Virus record (IMG/VR): IMGVR_UViG_3300009151_000034
Span: 32,001-96,000 of that record
From: a virus
Strand: one strand, 5' to 3'
DNA length: 64,000 bases
Shown: one piece after another, positions 38,359 through 46,903 of the stretch
How positions within the stretch are numbered: position 1 is the first letter of the stretch
Layout: the number at the start of each line of letters is the position of its first letter
Notes under the pieces: generated by a model
The model's input: only the letters and a program-made list of their open reading frames with translations
What the model was told of the DNA's origin: nothing
Databases searched by the model: none
Program-made: the position numbers and the translations under genes

Positions 38359-38571
38359 TTATCTGTAGATAATAGGTTTTTGTCTACCCATTGTAATGTT
38401 GGTTTGTGCTTTGATTTCGTTATTCGGCCATGTCCAACACTCAGAGTTATTGTCTTGAAAACACACCCAAAATAAATTGTGTTCTGGTCCATAGTCAATG
38501 ATAATATGAGCCAATGCGGAACCGTGGGGTGTTATAACAGGCAATGGTGGATTAAGTTGCAGCGTCATCAT
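38359..38571 (-). CDS. Conserved hypothetical protein
   Basis: QLNPPLPV.TP.G..IDYG.EH. Confidence 0.7.
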   Translation of the reverse strand: MMTLQLNPPLPVITPHGSALAHIIIDYGPEHNLFWVCFQDNNSECWTWPNNEIKAQTNITMGRQKPIIYR

Positions 38572-38686
38572 TCATCGTCCCCTGATGCGGGCTTCTTGGT
38601 GAAAGTTTGCACCACTACCCAGATAGTCAGTGATTCTATCAATAACAGGTGTGATTAGCTTGGTTGTTTTTATCATGCAAATCCTC

Positions 38687-38944
38687 TTATGGTAGTTTCA
38701 TCAAATCTTGGAACAGGTGGTTCAAGTGTCCAAACAAAAATGCGATTGCCATGGTCGGAGCCAACAATGCCCACACATACCAAGGTTCGGCAGGACCGGT
38801 TTTGTTTCCAATATTCCGTATGAACCAAGCTATGTCAATCCCAATCCACACCAACAGGCCCCAACCCACCCAGGGCGAGGTGCACGCTCCGAGAAAGTAG
38901 CAAACAGTGCCGATGAGAGATAGGGTTACAATCAATGCTGTCAC
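38687..38944 (-). CDS. Hypothetical membrane protein
   Basis: Three hydrophobic segments; GTGA overlap. Confidence 0.55.
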   Translation of the reverse strand: MTALIVTLSLIGTVCYFLGACTSPWVGWGLLVWIGIDIAWFIRNIGNKTGPAEPWYVWALLAPTMAIAFLFGHLNHLFQDLMKLP

Positions 38945-39123
38945 TGTTTGATTCCTGCCAATTCGCTCATCCTGCGAACCTCGGGGTTGTTTTTCAAAAT
39001 CTTGCGAATCTTGCGGCGATGTCGCCAAGCACTATATCTCTCGACCATTTCATAGAAAGCCCACGTGCTCCACAGTAGAGGAACCATCCAAATCCAGTGA
39101 TAGCCAAATTTTGGGTCTCTCAT
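38941..39123 (-). CDS. Small membrane protein
   Basis: TM segment then basic tail. Confidence 0.55.
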   Translation of the reverse strand: MRDPKFGYHWIWMVPLLWSTWAFYEMVERYSAWRHRRKIRKILKNNPEVRRMSELAGIKQ

Positions 39124-39260
39124 TCTTCACCTTGATCAACCAAAACTGCATACACGATTGGAACTACCTTATCCCATGACATAGGGTCAGGTTCAACAAA
39201 ACGAATATGATATTCATTATATCCATCATCGCTGCTATAACAAAGCCATGCTAGTTTCAT
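39120..39260 (-). CDS. Small hypothetical protein (46 aa)
   Basis: Manual translation MKLAWLCYSS...; ATGA overlaps on both sides. Confidence 0.5.
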   Translation of the reverse strand: MKLAWLCYSSDDGYNEYHIRFVEPDPMSWDKVVPIVYAVLVDQGEE

Positions 39261-39694
39261 CGCTCTAGTTCTCCTACATTAACAAGGCCATCAGGGGTTG
39301 GTTTGAATTCTGCGGTAACAAAGGGCTTATTACCAATAAGCCTAGTATACTCCCTACCACCGTCAATTGCAAGCCCATTCTTCTCACAAAAATGATGAAG
39401 ATTGTGAGAATAAATCCATTCATCTTCACCAACATTTAACGCTGTAACATTATGTTTAGCGGTATCGGTGGCCGATGTAACCATAAGTTTACTATCATCA
39501 GAGTAATACAAAGCAAACCAGTTATCATAATCATTCGGAGGATTGTCTTGCCAAAAAACAGCACCGACAATATTAGTCCAACAACTTTTACCCATTAGAT
39601 GAGTTTGGTAGACATACTTGGCTTTATAATGTTCTTCTATGATCTTGAGATTTTCTGCACTGAAAATTGTGCATTCGCTGTTAATTTTAGTCAC
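39257..39694 (-). CDS. Conserved hypothetical protein
   Basis: YS..H.F..AIDGGREY.R. Confidence 0.65.
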   Translation of the reverse strand: MTKINSECTIFSAENLKIIEEHYKAKYVYQTHLMGKSCWTNIVGAVFWQDNPPNDYDNWFALYYSDDSKLMVTSATDTAKHNVTALNVGEDEWIYSHNLHHFCEKNGLAIDGGREYTRLIGNKPFVTAEFKPTPDGLVNVGELER

Positions 39695-39923
39695 TTTTGT
39701 TTTCCTTCTCTGGATATTGGTATAATCGATAAGCCTTAACCCAAGTCCTATGAAGTTCATCTTCCATTACAATTTTCTCAGCAATTTCATAAGAAAAAGT
39801 CGTGGCCACCACACACTTAAAACAGTCTGGATTTTTTGAACCGCTCCAAAATTCTAGGATACAATATTCCACTGAGTAGTATCCATCTTTCGGAGGATCA
39901 TAATAACCTGTCAATTCTGTCAT
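39687..39923 (-). CDS. Hypothetical protein
   Basis: GGAG RBS, upstream TTGACT promoter. Confidence 0.6.
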   Translation of the reverse strand: MTELTGYYDPPKDGYYSVEYCILEFWSGSKNPDCFKCVVATTFSYEIAEKIVMEDELHRTWVKAYRLYQYPEKENKSD

Positions 39924-39999
39924 ACTTTACTCCACATATTAATATATCATAACTTAGCATGGGTTATTTTGGAAGTCAAGTGATATTTTGTATCAATAT

Positions 40000-41025
40000 T
40001 TAAACTCTCTTCCACTGGTTTAATGCAATCATAGCATTAAGATCGCTGTAAGTATGTTGATCAATAATATATTGTATAAATTCTGGACTCAAACCTCCTA
40101 AAATAGCATCATTGATATCTTTAAATGTAAAGTTTTCAGGAAAAATACAAATCTTATACCCATTCATAATTGCCTTAGACATTTTTGCTACAGTTTCTTT
40201 TGACCTTGGTTCGCAATCATAAACGACCACCATATTTTTCTTCGGCAAATCTTTAATAGTTGAAACCAGATCACCACCGGCTGTTGCGATGCTATTGGGA
40301 ACAAAAATTGCATCCAATACACCTTCAAACACATAAGTTTTTTTATTAAAATCCACCACATCCAAACCATATATTTTTGGTGTGGTTTCATCATTAACTA
40401 ACGTAATATAACGAGTCTTAGCATCACCGCTCAATGCTCTGCCCTGAAAAGCGTGCATGTTCTTATCCTTATTGATAAACGGAATAAGAACTCGTCCTTC
40501 ATCATATTTCAAAGCACTTTCACTAAACTTATCAGGAATTATATCATTTGTCCAGGAAAAAAACTTAGGACACCAGAAAATCTTGGAATGAAATGGATTG
40601 GGGATTAAACGTTCCGATATGAAAACTTTTGCTGGATGATCTGGTGATAATTGACTGATCTTCTTAAGACCTTTTAATGGCCCAGCAGACATGAATACAG
40701 GCTTCTTCATTTTATCAACAAAAGCATGTAATTCTTCTTGCTCAGGGGTCTTACGATCCTTAAGTTTTTCTAAAAGATAATCTGCATGTAATTGAAAATC
40801 TACAGTCTTCAGGAAATTATCAAACCCCATCGTCACTGAACAATTATGGCAGTGATACAATGTCTTTCCCGATTTGCTGTATATATAACCTCTGGATTTC
40901 TTCTTATCAGTCTCAGAGTCTCCACAAAGAGGACATGAGAAGTTTAAAGTATTACCAGACTTACGTTTATAATTCCTTAACCTAATGGAAAGGATATTAA
41001 GATACTTAGACTCAAGATAATCCAT
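40000..41025 (-). CDS. gp61: DNA primase
   Basis: CPLCGDS..RG..CHNC zinc finger; FQGR; EG..D; KDIND. Confidence 0.95.
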   Translation of the reverse strand: MDYLESKYLNILSIRLRNYKRKSGNTLNFSCPLCGDSETDKKKSRGYIYSKSGKTLYHCHNCSVTMGFDNFLKTVDFQLHADYLLEKLKDRKTPEQEELHAFVDKMKKPVFMSAGPLKGLKKISQLSPDHPAKVFISERLIPNPFHSKIFWCPKFFSWTNDIIPDKFSESALKYDEGRVLIPFINKDKNMHAFQGRALSGDAKTRYITLVNDETTPKIYGLDVVDFNKKTYVFEGVLDAIFVPNSIATAGGDLVSTIKDLPKKNMVVVYDCEPRSKETVAKMSKAIMNGYKICIFPENFTFKDINDAILGGLSPEFIQYIIDQHTYSDLNAMIALNQWKRV

Positions 41026-41095
41026 AACAATTTCCTATACATCATAATCACAGGAATGATTATACGAGGATCATCATAGGTTGTCAAGAGAAATT

Positions 41096-41494
41096 TTAGT
41101 GGGATGCCTTAACATAGGTAATGGCCAAAGATATGATATATCCGATCATAGCACCACCACCACACGCCATCCATATCATTTTTTCGATACTAGCAATTTT
41201 TTCATTTAAATTTTTATGTTGGGTGGTAGAATCTTCGCGGGATTTTTTGATTTCTGCTAAAACGAGATTATCTTCGTTTCGCATCGTTGTGTATACGCTA
41301 TCAATTTTATCTTCGTATTCAACTCTTCGTTTCTCTACCATATCCAAAACGTTATCAGAAATTTTTTCTTGCTGGGTTAATCTTTGTTCGTGGACTGCAA
41401 GCATTTTTGAAAGATCAGCAGCAACAACAGCAAGTCTTTGAATTGCATCATCTATTTTATTAAAACGATTTTCGTTGTCTGGTGATAATGCCAT
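41096..41494 (-). CDS. Coiled-coil protein with C-terminal TM
   Basis: MLAVHEQRL..IEK..W..GG. Confidence 0.65.
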   Translation of the reverse strand: MALSPDNENRFNKIDDAIQRLAVVAADLSKMLAVHEQRLTQQEKISDNVLDMVEKRRVEYEDKIDSVYTTMRNEDNLVLAEIKKSREDSTTQHKNLNEKIASIEKMIWMACGGGAMIGYIISLAITYVKASH

Positions 41495-41497
41495 GTC

Positions 41498-41692
41498 TTA
41501 CTGTCCTTCTATATTTTTTAGTGGGGTCCGAGTAAACATGGTGCGAAGTTTTTTCTTTCCAGAAACACTATGATTTTGTAACATAGGATCAAATGTAGCA
41601 ATAGGACTACTTGCGTTACCAGAACTAGATGCGCCCATAGCATTTACTGGACCTGCGGATTCTGTTTCGTTTATGTTTTTATGCATTGACAA
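41498..41692 (-). CDS. Small virion-associated hypothetical protein
   Basis: INE..PVN..IA.FDPM. Confidence 0.55.
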   Translation of the reverse strand: MSMHKNINETESAGPVNAMGASSSGNASSPIATFDPMLQNHSVSGKKKLRTMFTRTPLKNIEGQ

Positions 41693-42074
41693 TCAACCTT
41701 AGTGCTTTTATGATACCAGAATCCATAACAATCGCATCTGTGTATACGACATTTTCGTCCTTGACATTTTTTATGACGGTAGGAAATGCGTTTAACAATA
41801 TTAAAAACGGTTTGACTAACGAAAATTGTGGTTTCAACTTCAAATATAATATTTTTGCAAGTTTTTCACCAAACACATTATGCAACGTAATTATATGATT
41901 TAAAATAAGCCTATCTTTTAACTCACCAGTTTCCATATACCTCGTTAAGAGTTTCTTGATATATTTAATTCTTTCTAAATCTTCAAGAAACTCTTCCGTA
42001 GAATGCATGTAGGTATTATCATAATATTTTGCACAAAATAATAAAAAGTTGTCGTCCGTCAATAACTCATCCAT
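41679..42074 (-). CDS. Conserved T4-like protein (DUF7207-like)
   Basis: NFLLF..YDN..EF.EDL.RIKYIK.L..RLILNHII..NVFG. Confidence 0.78.
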   Translation of the reverse strand: MDELLTDDNFLLFCAKYYDNTYMHSTEEFLEDLERIKYIKKLLTRYMETGELKDRLILNHIITLHNVFGEKLAKILYLKLKPQFSLVKPFLILLNAFPTVIKNVKDENVVYTDAIVMDSGIIKALRLIVNA

Positions 42075-42084
42075 TATTTTATGT

Positions 42085-43071
42085 TTAATATCCTATCGCA
42101 ATAAAATAAACGTTACTTCCAGTTCCCGTAGATGATGATTTAAGCGCAACATTAGATATGGGACTTCCTGTTGTTGGTGCTGCGCTTAAATAAGCATAAA
42201 AAGCACCTACAACGCTTGTGGCCGTAAATGATAATACCGCTATTGGGAATGCTTTAGCAAAACTAGCATTTCCCGATGTTGCAGTATTTGCAGAAAACCA
42301 GCCCCAGTTCATTAACAGACCGTTTGGAAGATATGTAAATCCATTAGCAGATGTTGTCGATGAACCAGTTCCAAGAATCAACCCTGTATTGGTAGTAACC
42401 GTAACGTTGGAAGCACGAGTATCCCCGTTTACATCAAGTTTATATGTAGGAGTTGTTGTTCCGATACCAACATTTCCTGTGCTTGTGATACGCATTCTTT
42501 CGTTAGTAGAAAGAGTTCCACCAGTGAAGAAATTCATGTAGGGAGAAGCCCCAGCAGTCCCTATAGAAAGATTTGTTCCACCAGAATAAATATAAGCATC
42601 AGATGGGCCATTAATTGTCCAGGAAGATTGTAAGAATCCACTTCCATTTATACCAACATCGATATAATTTGGATTGCTTGATACTGGACCAGTGGTATCA
42701 TTTACGATAAAGTCGGCTGATGCATTATTGCCTGTATTAGCGTTCCATAAAACAGCCTCAACGAAATTGTTTTGACTTGAACTTAATTCTGCTATCGAAA
42801 GATCAACAGGATTCCATTGAATTTGAGCATTTGATGATGAGTTGCCTACCATAATAGATGTGGCATTTGCTAAAAATCCGTTAGCAGACCCAATCGTTCC
42901 TATAGCAACCGAAGTTGTAGTTACGGCAGGCATGTTCTGAAAAAGATTTGAAACGGTAATAGTTTGAACATTCGCAGTTGTAGTGGCATTGTAAAGGACT
43001 ACTACCCTGTCCGTTGAAGCCAGGGTAGTAGCTACGGTTAAATCACTAATTTTTTTAGCGTCATTTGCCAT
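42085..43071 (-). CDS. Fiber-like virion protein
   Basis: KKISDL..ERMRITSTGNVGIGT..LPNGLLMNWG..F..AFP..IAIGY. Confidence 0.72.
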   Translation of the reverse strand: MANDAKKISDLTVATTLASTDRVVVLYNATTTANVQTITVSNLFQNMPAVTTTSVAIGTIGSANGFLANATSIMVGNSSSNAQIQWNPVDLSIAELSSSQNNFVEAVLWNANTGNNASADFIVNDTTGPVSSNPNYIDVGINGSGFLQSSWTINGPSDAYIYSGGTNLSIGTAGASPYMNFFTGGTLSTNERMRITSTGNVGIGTTTPTYKLDVNGDTRASNVTVTTNTGLILGTGSSTTSANGFTYLPNGLLMNWGWFSANTATSGNASFAKAFPIAVLSFTATSVVGAFYAYLSAAPTTGSPISNVALKSSSTGTGSNVYFIAIGY

Positions 43072-43087
43072 GATTATAAATTACCTA

Positions 43088-44092
43088 TTAAGCGCCAGGA
43101 AGAATTGTTGCATCAGAAGCATCAGTAGTTGTAGCGGCTGTTCCATGAGCGGCAAGGGTAGAACCGAGAGTTCCCATAGCTACCAATGTTTCGTATTGAA
43201 CACGACCAGCACGACCACCAGTTCCTTCGGTGCGAAGAACCCAGCCAGCATGTGCAAGACCAGTATATTCTGATGCAGAAGAAGTCAATACACCTGTTGC
43301 AGTATCACCACGAATTGTATGACCAGTTTCTGCTGTTGCAGTCGTTCTTACATCGGTAATGTCAATATTTGATCCACCAGGAGTTGCTGATAACACAATG
43401 CCTGTTGTATTAGCAAAAGAAACATAATAATAAGCATTTCCTGTTAATGGGGTTAGTGGTGTATTAGCTGTTGTAACCAAATAATACAAGCGATCTCCTG
43501 CTTGCCAAAACGAATTGGCTGTCGTAACTTTTATAAAATCTGTTGCAGCAACAACACCATTTGTGTTGGCCTGAATTGTGATTGCGGCAGGAGCAGCAAT
43601 TACTGGCAATGGTGGTGCTTGATACCCAGAACCGATGGTCTGGATATTAAGTGCAGTAATACGACCTGCGCTTGAAGAACCTGCCGTTGTGTTAGCAAAA
43701 GCATTAGCAACGCCAGATGTTCCACCGTTAATAAGAGTTAATGAAACGGTAGCATTGGCCTGATAACCAGAACCACCAAATGTTACTTGACTTGTTGCTA
43801 GAGAGTTTGTAGTATTTTGTGCTTCGGTTGCTGATACACCAAATACACCCACGGCTCTTCCTGAAGTGAAGACTCCGATTGTTGTGTTATTAAACATTGC
43901 AACATCGATTGATGCCTTAGACCCTGCTGATGTATTGCCAAAATCAGCATTTGGTGACGATACAGGAGTTATAGACCCGCCTCGCCCGCCTTTTACTAGA
44001 GCGTAAGTTCCGATTGGTGCTCCATTGGAAGTTTCAGTGGTTGTTGATCCTGTAGCCGTAACAGCCTTATCATTTCTGCCCCATAGTGCCAT
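43088..44092 (-). CDS. Virion structural protein (MALWG...HAGWV family)
   Basis: MALWG..AHAGWV..GRAGRVQYETLVAM; late promoter at 44122. Confidence 0.72.
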   Translation of the reverse strand: MALWGRNDKAVTATGSTTTETSNGAPIGTYALVKGGRGGSITPVSSPNADFGNTSAGSKASIDVAMFNNTTIGVFTSGRAVGVFGVSATEAQNTTNSLATSQVTFGGSGYQANATVSLTLINGGTSGVANAFANTTAGSSSAGRITALNIQTIGSGYQAPPLPVIAAPAAITIQANTNGVVAATDFIKVTTANSFWQAGDRLYYLVTTANTPLTPLTGNAYYYVSFANTTGIVLSATPGGSNIDITDVRTTATAETGHTIRGDTATGVLTSSASEYTGLAHAGWVLRTEGTGGRAGRVQYETLVAMGTLGSTLAAHGTAATTTDASDATILPGA

Positions 44093-44153
44093 AGTTTTTT
44101 ACTCCTTAAACTTGTTTCTCTTATTTATATTATTTGCTGTTCAGGATATATTT

Positions 44154-45581
44154 TTATGACTTTCCGCCTTTTGCATAAATTTGATTTTCGCTTTTTTTAT
44201 TGACAATAGTAGGAAATCTATCAGTTTCTTGTTTGTTAATTTTAATACGCTTTCCTGTTATAAAATCTTGTTTTTCATCAGAAATATTATAAGAAGCATT
44301 ATTATTTTTGACTCCTTCACCGTCAGTATTATTTTGATTACCAATTAAAGGAGCCATAGGAACTTTACTCTCTGAATTAAAAGACGCAGAGATTCTTTCA
44401 AGGCGATCTAGTTCTGCTGACGAAAGAGTATCTTCTTTCATAGAGCTACAATTACATTTGCCGTTTTTTCCGCAACGATTACATTTACCATTACTATTAC
44501 GAAGAGCAGTGAAATCTGCTTTTGTTAGTTCACCATAAGGTGGTGCTTTATCTAGGTTTTTTTGTTTACCAATCAGACCTTCTTGCATACGTTCTAGTTT
44601 TTTAACTTTTTTGGTTTCGGCTTTTTCATCGTCATCTTCATCTTCACCATCAACATCTTTGTTTTTGTCTTTGCCGTGTGATTTTGGTGCATGACGAGCA
44701 TCAACTTCTAACTTGCGGACTTTTTTGGTTTCGGCTTTTTCTTCTTTTTCGTTGTCTTCTTCGCCATCAACATCTTTGTTCTTATCTGATTCTGAAAAAT
44801 TAATACCTTCTTCCATATTACCAGACTTTAAACGAACAATTTGTCTCTGATGGAATTTCATACGATTAATTAAATTAGGATCAGGAGTTTTGCCTTTTTT
44901 TCTGGCTGCTTCAATTTGCTGATGATATTGGCGGGCAGCAACAGCATGAGCACCAATAACACTTCTTGGTGCTTCATCCAAATCTTCTTCTTTAATATCT
45001 GTATTAATTTGTGGATGAACATCAACTTTAGTTTTTCCTCCAACCATTTTTTTAACATCAGATAATTTAGTATCTTCTGTGGGTTGATTTTTCTTTTCCA
45101 TTACACTACGAGCAGCACTAATCAATGCCGCCGATAGACCGAAATTTTTTGAAAACATTGTTGGCTCCTCTATAATTTTTGTGTTGATTTCTGATGTTCT
45201 TGCAAGTTTAGATTTTGAATTTGTTGGTTTTTCGTTGTCTGGACGTGAAACATTTATAACTTTTTCGCGTTCTTTGGTGTTATGATCTGGATCAGCAGCT
45301 TCGGCATGAACCATTCCGCTGTGTGAACGTTTTTTGGCATCATGTTGACGTTTGATAGTTTCTTTTTCTGCGGTTTCTTTTGCTTTTTCTGAATCTTGTT
45401 CGGCATTTCTTTCTTGTCCTGCAACTCGACTCATAGCAGTTGAATGCCCGCCCCCAAATGAAGAATAGGCCGCCCTACTTGATTTACCAGCATCATGACC
45501 AGTTATTCTACCACCAGCATTAGCACCGTTCATTTCGGCAATAACTCGTGCCAGTGACTTGTATTTGCTCTTATCGTCCAT
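44154..45581 (-). CDS. Charged low-complexity protein, probable internal head protein
   Basis: Many (I/M/L)xE sites; internal duplication DKNKDVDGE..KAETKKV.KLE. Confidence 0.55.
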   Translation of the reverse strand: MDDKSKYKSLARVIAEMNGANAGGRITGHDAGKSSRAAYSSFGGGHSTAMSRVAGQERNAEQDSEKAKETAEKETIKRQHDAKKRSHSGMVHAEAADPDHNTKEREKVINVSRPDNEKPTNSKSKLARTSEINTKIIEEPTMFSKNFGLSAALISAARSVMEKKNQPTEDTKLSDVKKMVGGKTKVDVHPQINTDIKEEDLDEAPRSVIGAHAVAARQYHQQIEAARKKGKTPDPNLINRMKFHQRQIVRLKSGNMEEGINFSESDKNKDVDGEEDNEKEEKAETKKVRKLEVDARHAPKSHGKDKNKDVDGEDEDDDEKAETKKVKKLERMQEGLIGKQKNLDKAPPYGELTKADFTALRNSNGKCNRCGKNGKCNCSSMKEDTLSSAELDRLERISASFNSESKVPMAPLIGNQNNTDGEGVKNNNASYNISDEKQDFITGKRIKINKQETDRFPTIVNKKSENQIYAKGGKS

Positions 45582-45582
45582 T

Positions 45583-46023
45583 TTATTGACCTTTTAAAAT
45601 GGATTTTAGCATCCACCCATGTTTGAAATGTATATCAATACGGTCTTGTAAGAAATTTGAAAGACCAACACAACTTTCTTTTTCTGCCATCTTTTGAGCT
45701 TTAGTTAGTTCGCTTATCAAGGTTGTATTATCCGATTCTAATTCTTTGATCATTTTTATTGCTGATGGAATATTTAGTTGATCTTGAATTGAACTAAGAG
45801 TTTGAAATCTTGTAAAACTTCCTGGTGCATAAGCTTCTAGTGTGCGAATATGTTCAGCAATAGAATCGACTGCTTCCCAAACTTCATTGTATAGACCATC
45901 AAGAAATGAATGATATTGAGGAAAATTTGGTCCCTCGATATTCCAGTGAAAATTATGAGATTTCAAATAAAATGCAAAATTGGTGGCAAGCACCTTTTTC
46001 ATTTGTTCAATTAATTCTTTCAT
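45583..46023 (-). CDS. dps: Dps-family ferritin-like protein
   Basis: HNFHWNIEG..H..D.IAEHIR..H.K..WML. Confidence 0.92.
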   Translation of the reverse strand: MKELIEQMKKVLATNFAFYLKSHNFHWNIEGPNFPQYHSFLDGLYNEVWEAVDSIAEHIRTLEAYAPGSFTRFQTLSSIQDQLNIPSAIKMIKELESDNTTLISELTKAQKMAEKESCVGLSNFLQDRIDIHFKHGWMLKSILKGQ

Positions 46024-46032
46024 ATTCGTTTC

Positions 46033-46677
46033 CTATTTTATTCTTCTTATATGGACTGCACTACCACCAATTTTTTTTATTTTTTTGACTTCGTAATTAT
46101 CGCCCGCAATTCCCTTAACGTAATCATGAAGTTCATTACCATCAAAACCTTTTTGGTATACTTTTTGCACACCATTTTTAGTCTTACGATGCACCAATAT
46201 AGAGTTTGGTTCACCTCCTGGTTCAGAATTTTTAGCTGCATTCACGTCACCAGCCCATCCTCTTGTTACGATAATGGCATGACCCCCAGGTTTAAGAAGA
46301 CTGAGAATATGTTTTGTTACATGATGACGAAGTTCTGGATGCAAAACATTTAAGACGTTATGTGAGACAACACCATCATACTGATCTTTAATTTCTTCTG
46401 GTTTTGTGAAGTTTGGCTTGTGTGTGCTTCTTTCTGGTGCAGGCTCATACCCATGCACTTCAACATGCCCACCATCATTATGAAACGATTGACGCATAGC
46501 ATGGGTGCCTCCACCAAGACCAGCACCATAATCAAGAACTTTTGAATGGGGTTTAAGATGATGTTTAAGTAATTCTGCACTTTTTTTGTATGTTCCAGTT
46601 GTAGTAGCAACCTGAGTCGTTGCTGACCCAGGTTGATGCTCTAATGTTTCGTTTATAAATTTAGAAAATCTTATCAT
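46033..46677 (-). CDS. Class I SAM-dependent methyltransferase with capsid-targeting-like N-terminus
   Basis: LDYGAGLG..YD..NVLNV..LKPGG; N-term MIRFSKFINE. Confidence 0.8.
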   Translation of the reverse strand: MIRFSKFINETLEHQPGSATTQVATTTGTYKKSAELLKHHLKPHSKVLDYGAGLGGGTHAMRQSFHNDGGHVEVHGYEPAPERSTHKPNFTKPEEIKDQYDGVVSHNVLNVLHPELRHHVTKHILSLLKPGGHAIIVTRGWAGDVNAAKNSEPGGEPNSILVHRKTKNGVQKVYQKGFDGNELHDYVKGIAGDNYEVKKIKKIGGSAVHIRRIK

Positions 46678-46873
46678 GATTTGTTCTTTTTTTATGTTCG
46701 GCTATGTATTTATGCACTTCGGTTCTTAACTCTTCTTTAGACATAGTATGGTGGACTTCAATCGCAGTATTAGAAAATGTTTTAATTACGTCATCGGATG
46801 ATTTTTCTATGTTTTCAATTACGTCAAAACAAAATAATTTTTTAATTCGCTGAACAATTGATTTCATTCTCAT
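46661..46873 (-). CDS. Hypothetical protein
   Basis: ORF in operon. Confidence 0.45.
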   Translation of the reverse strand: MRMKSIVQRIKKLFCFDVIENIEKSSDDVIKTFSNTAIEVHHTMSKEELRTEVHKYIAEHKKRTNHDKIF

Positions 46874-46903
46874 CCACCCATTAAACTATATTATTTTTTG
46901 TAT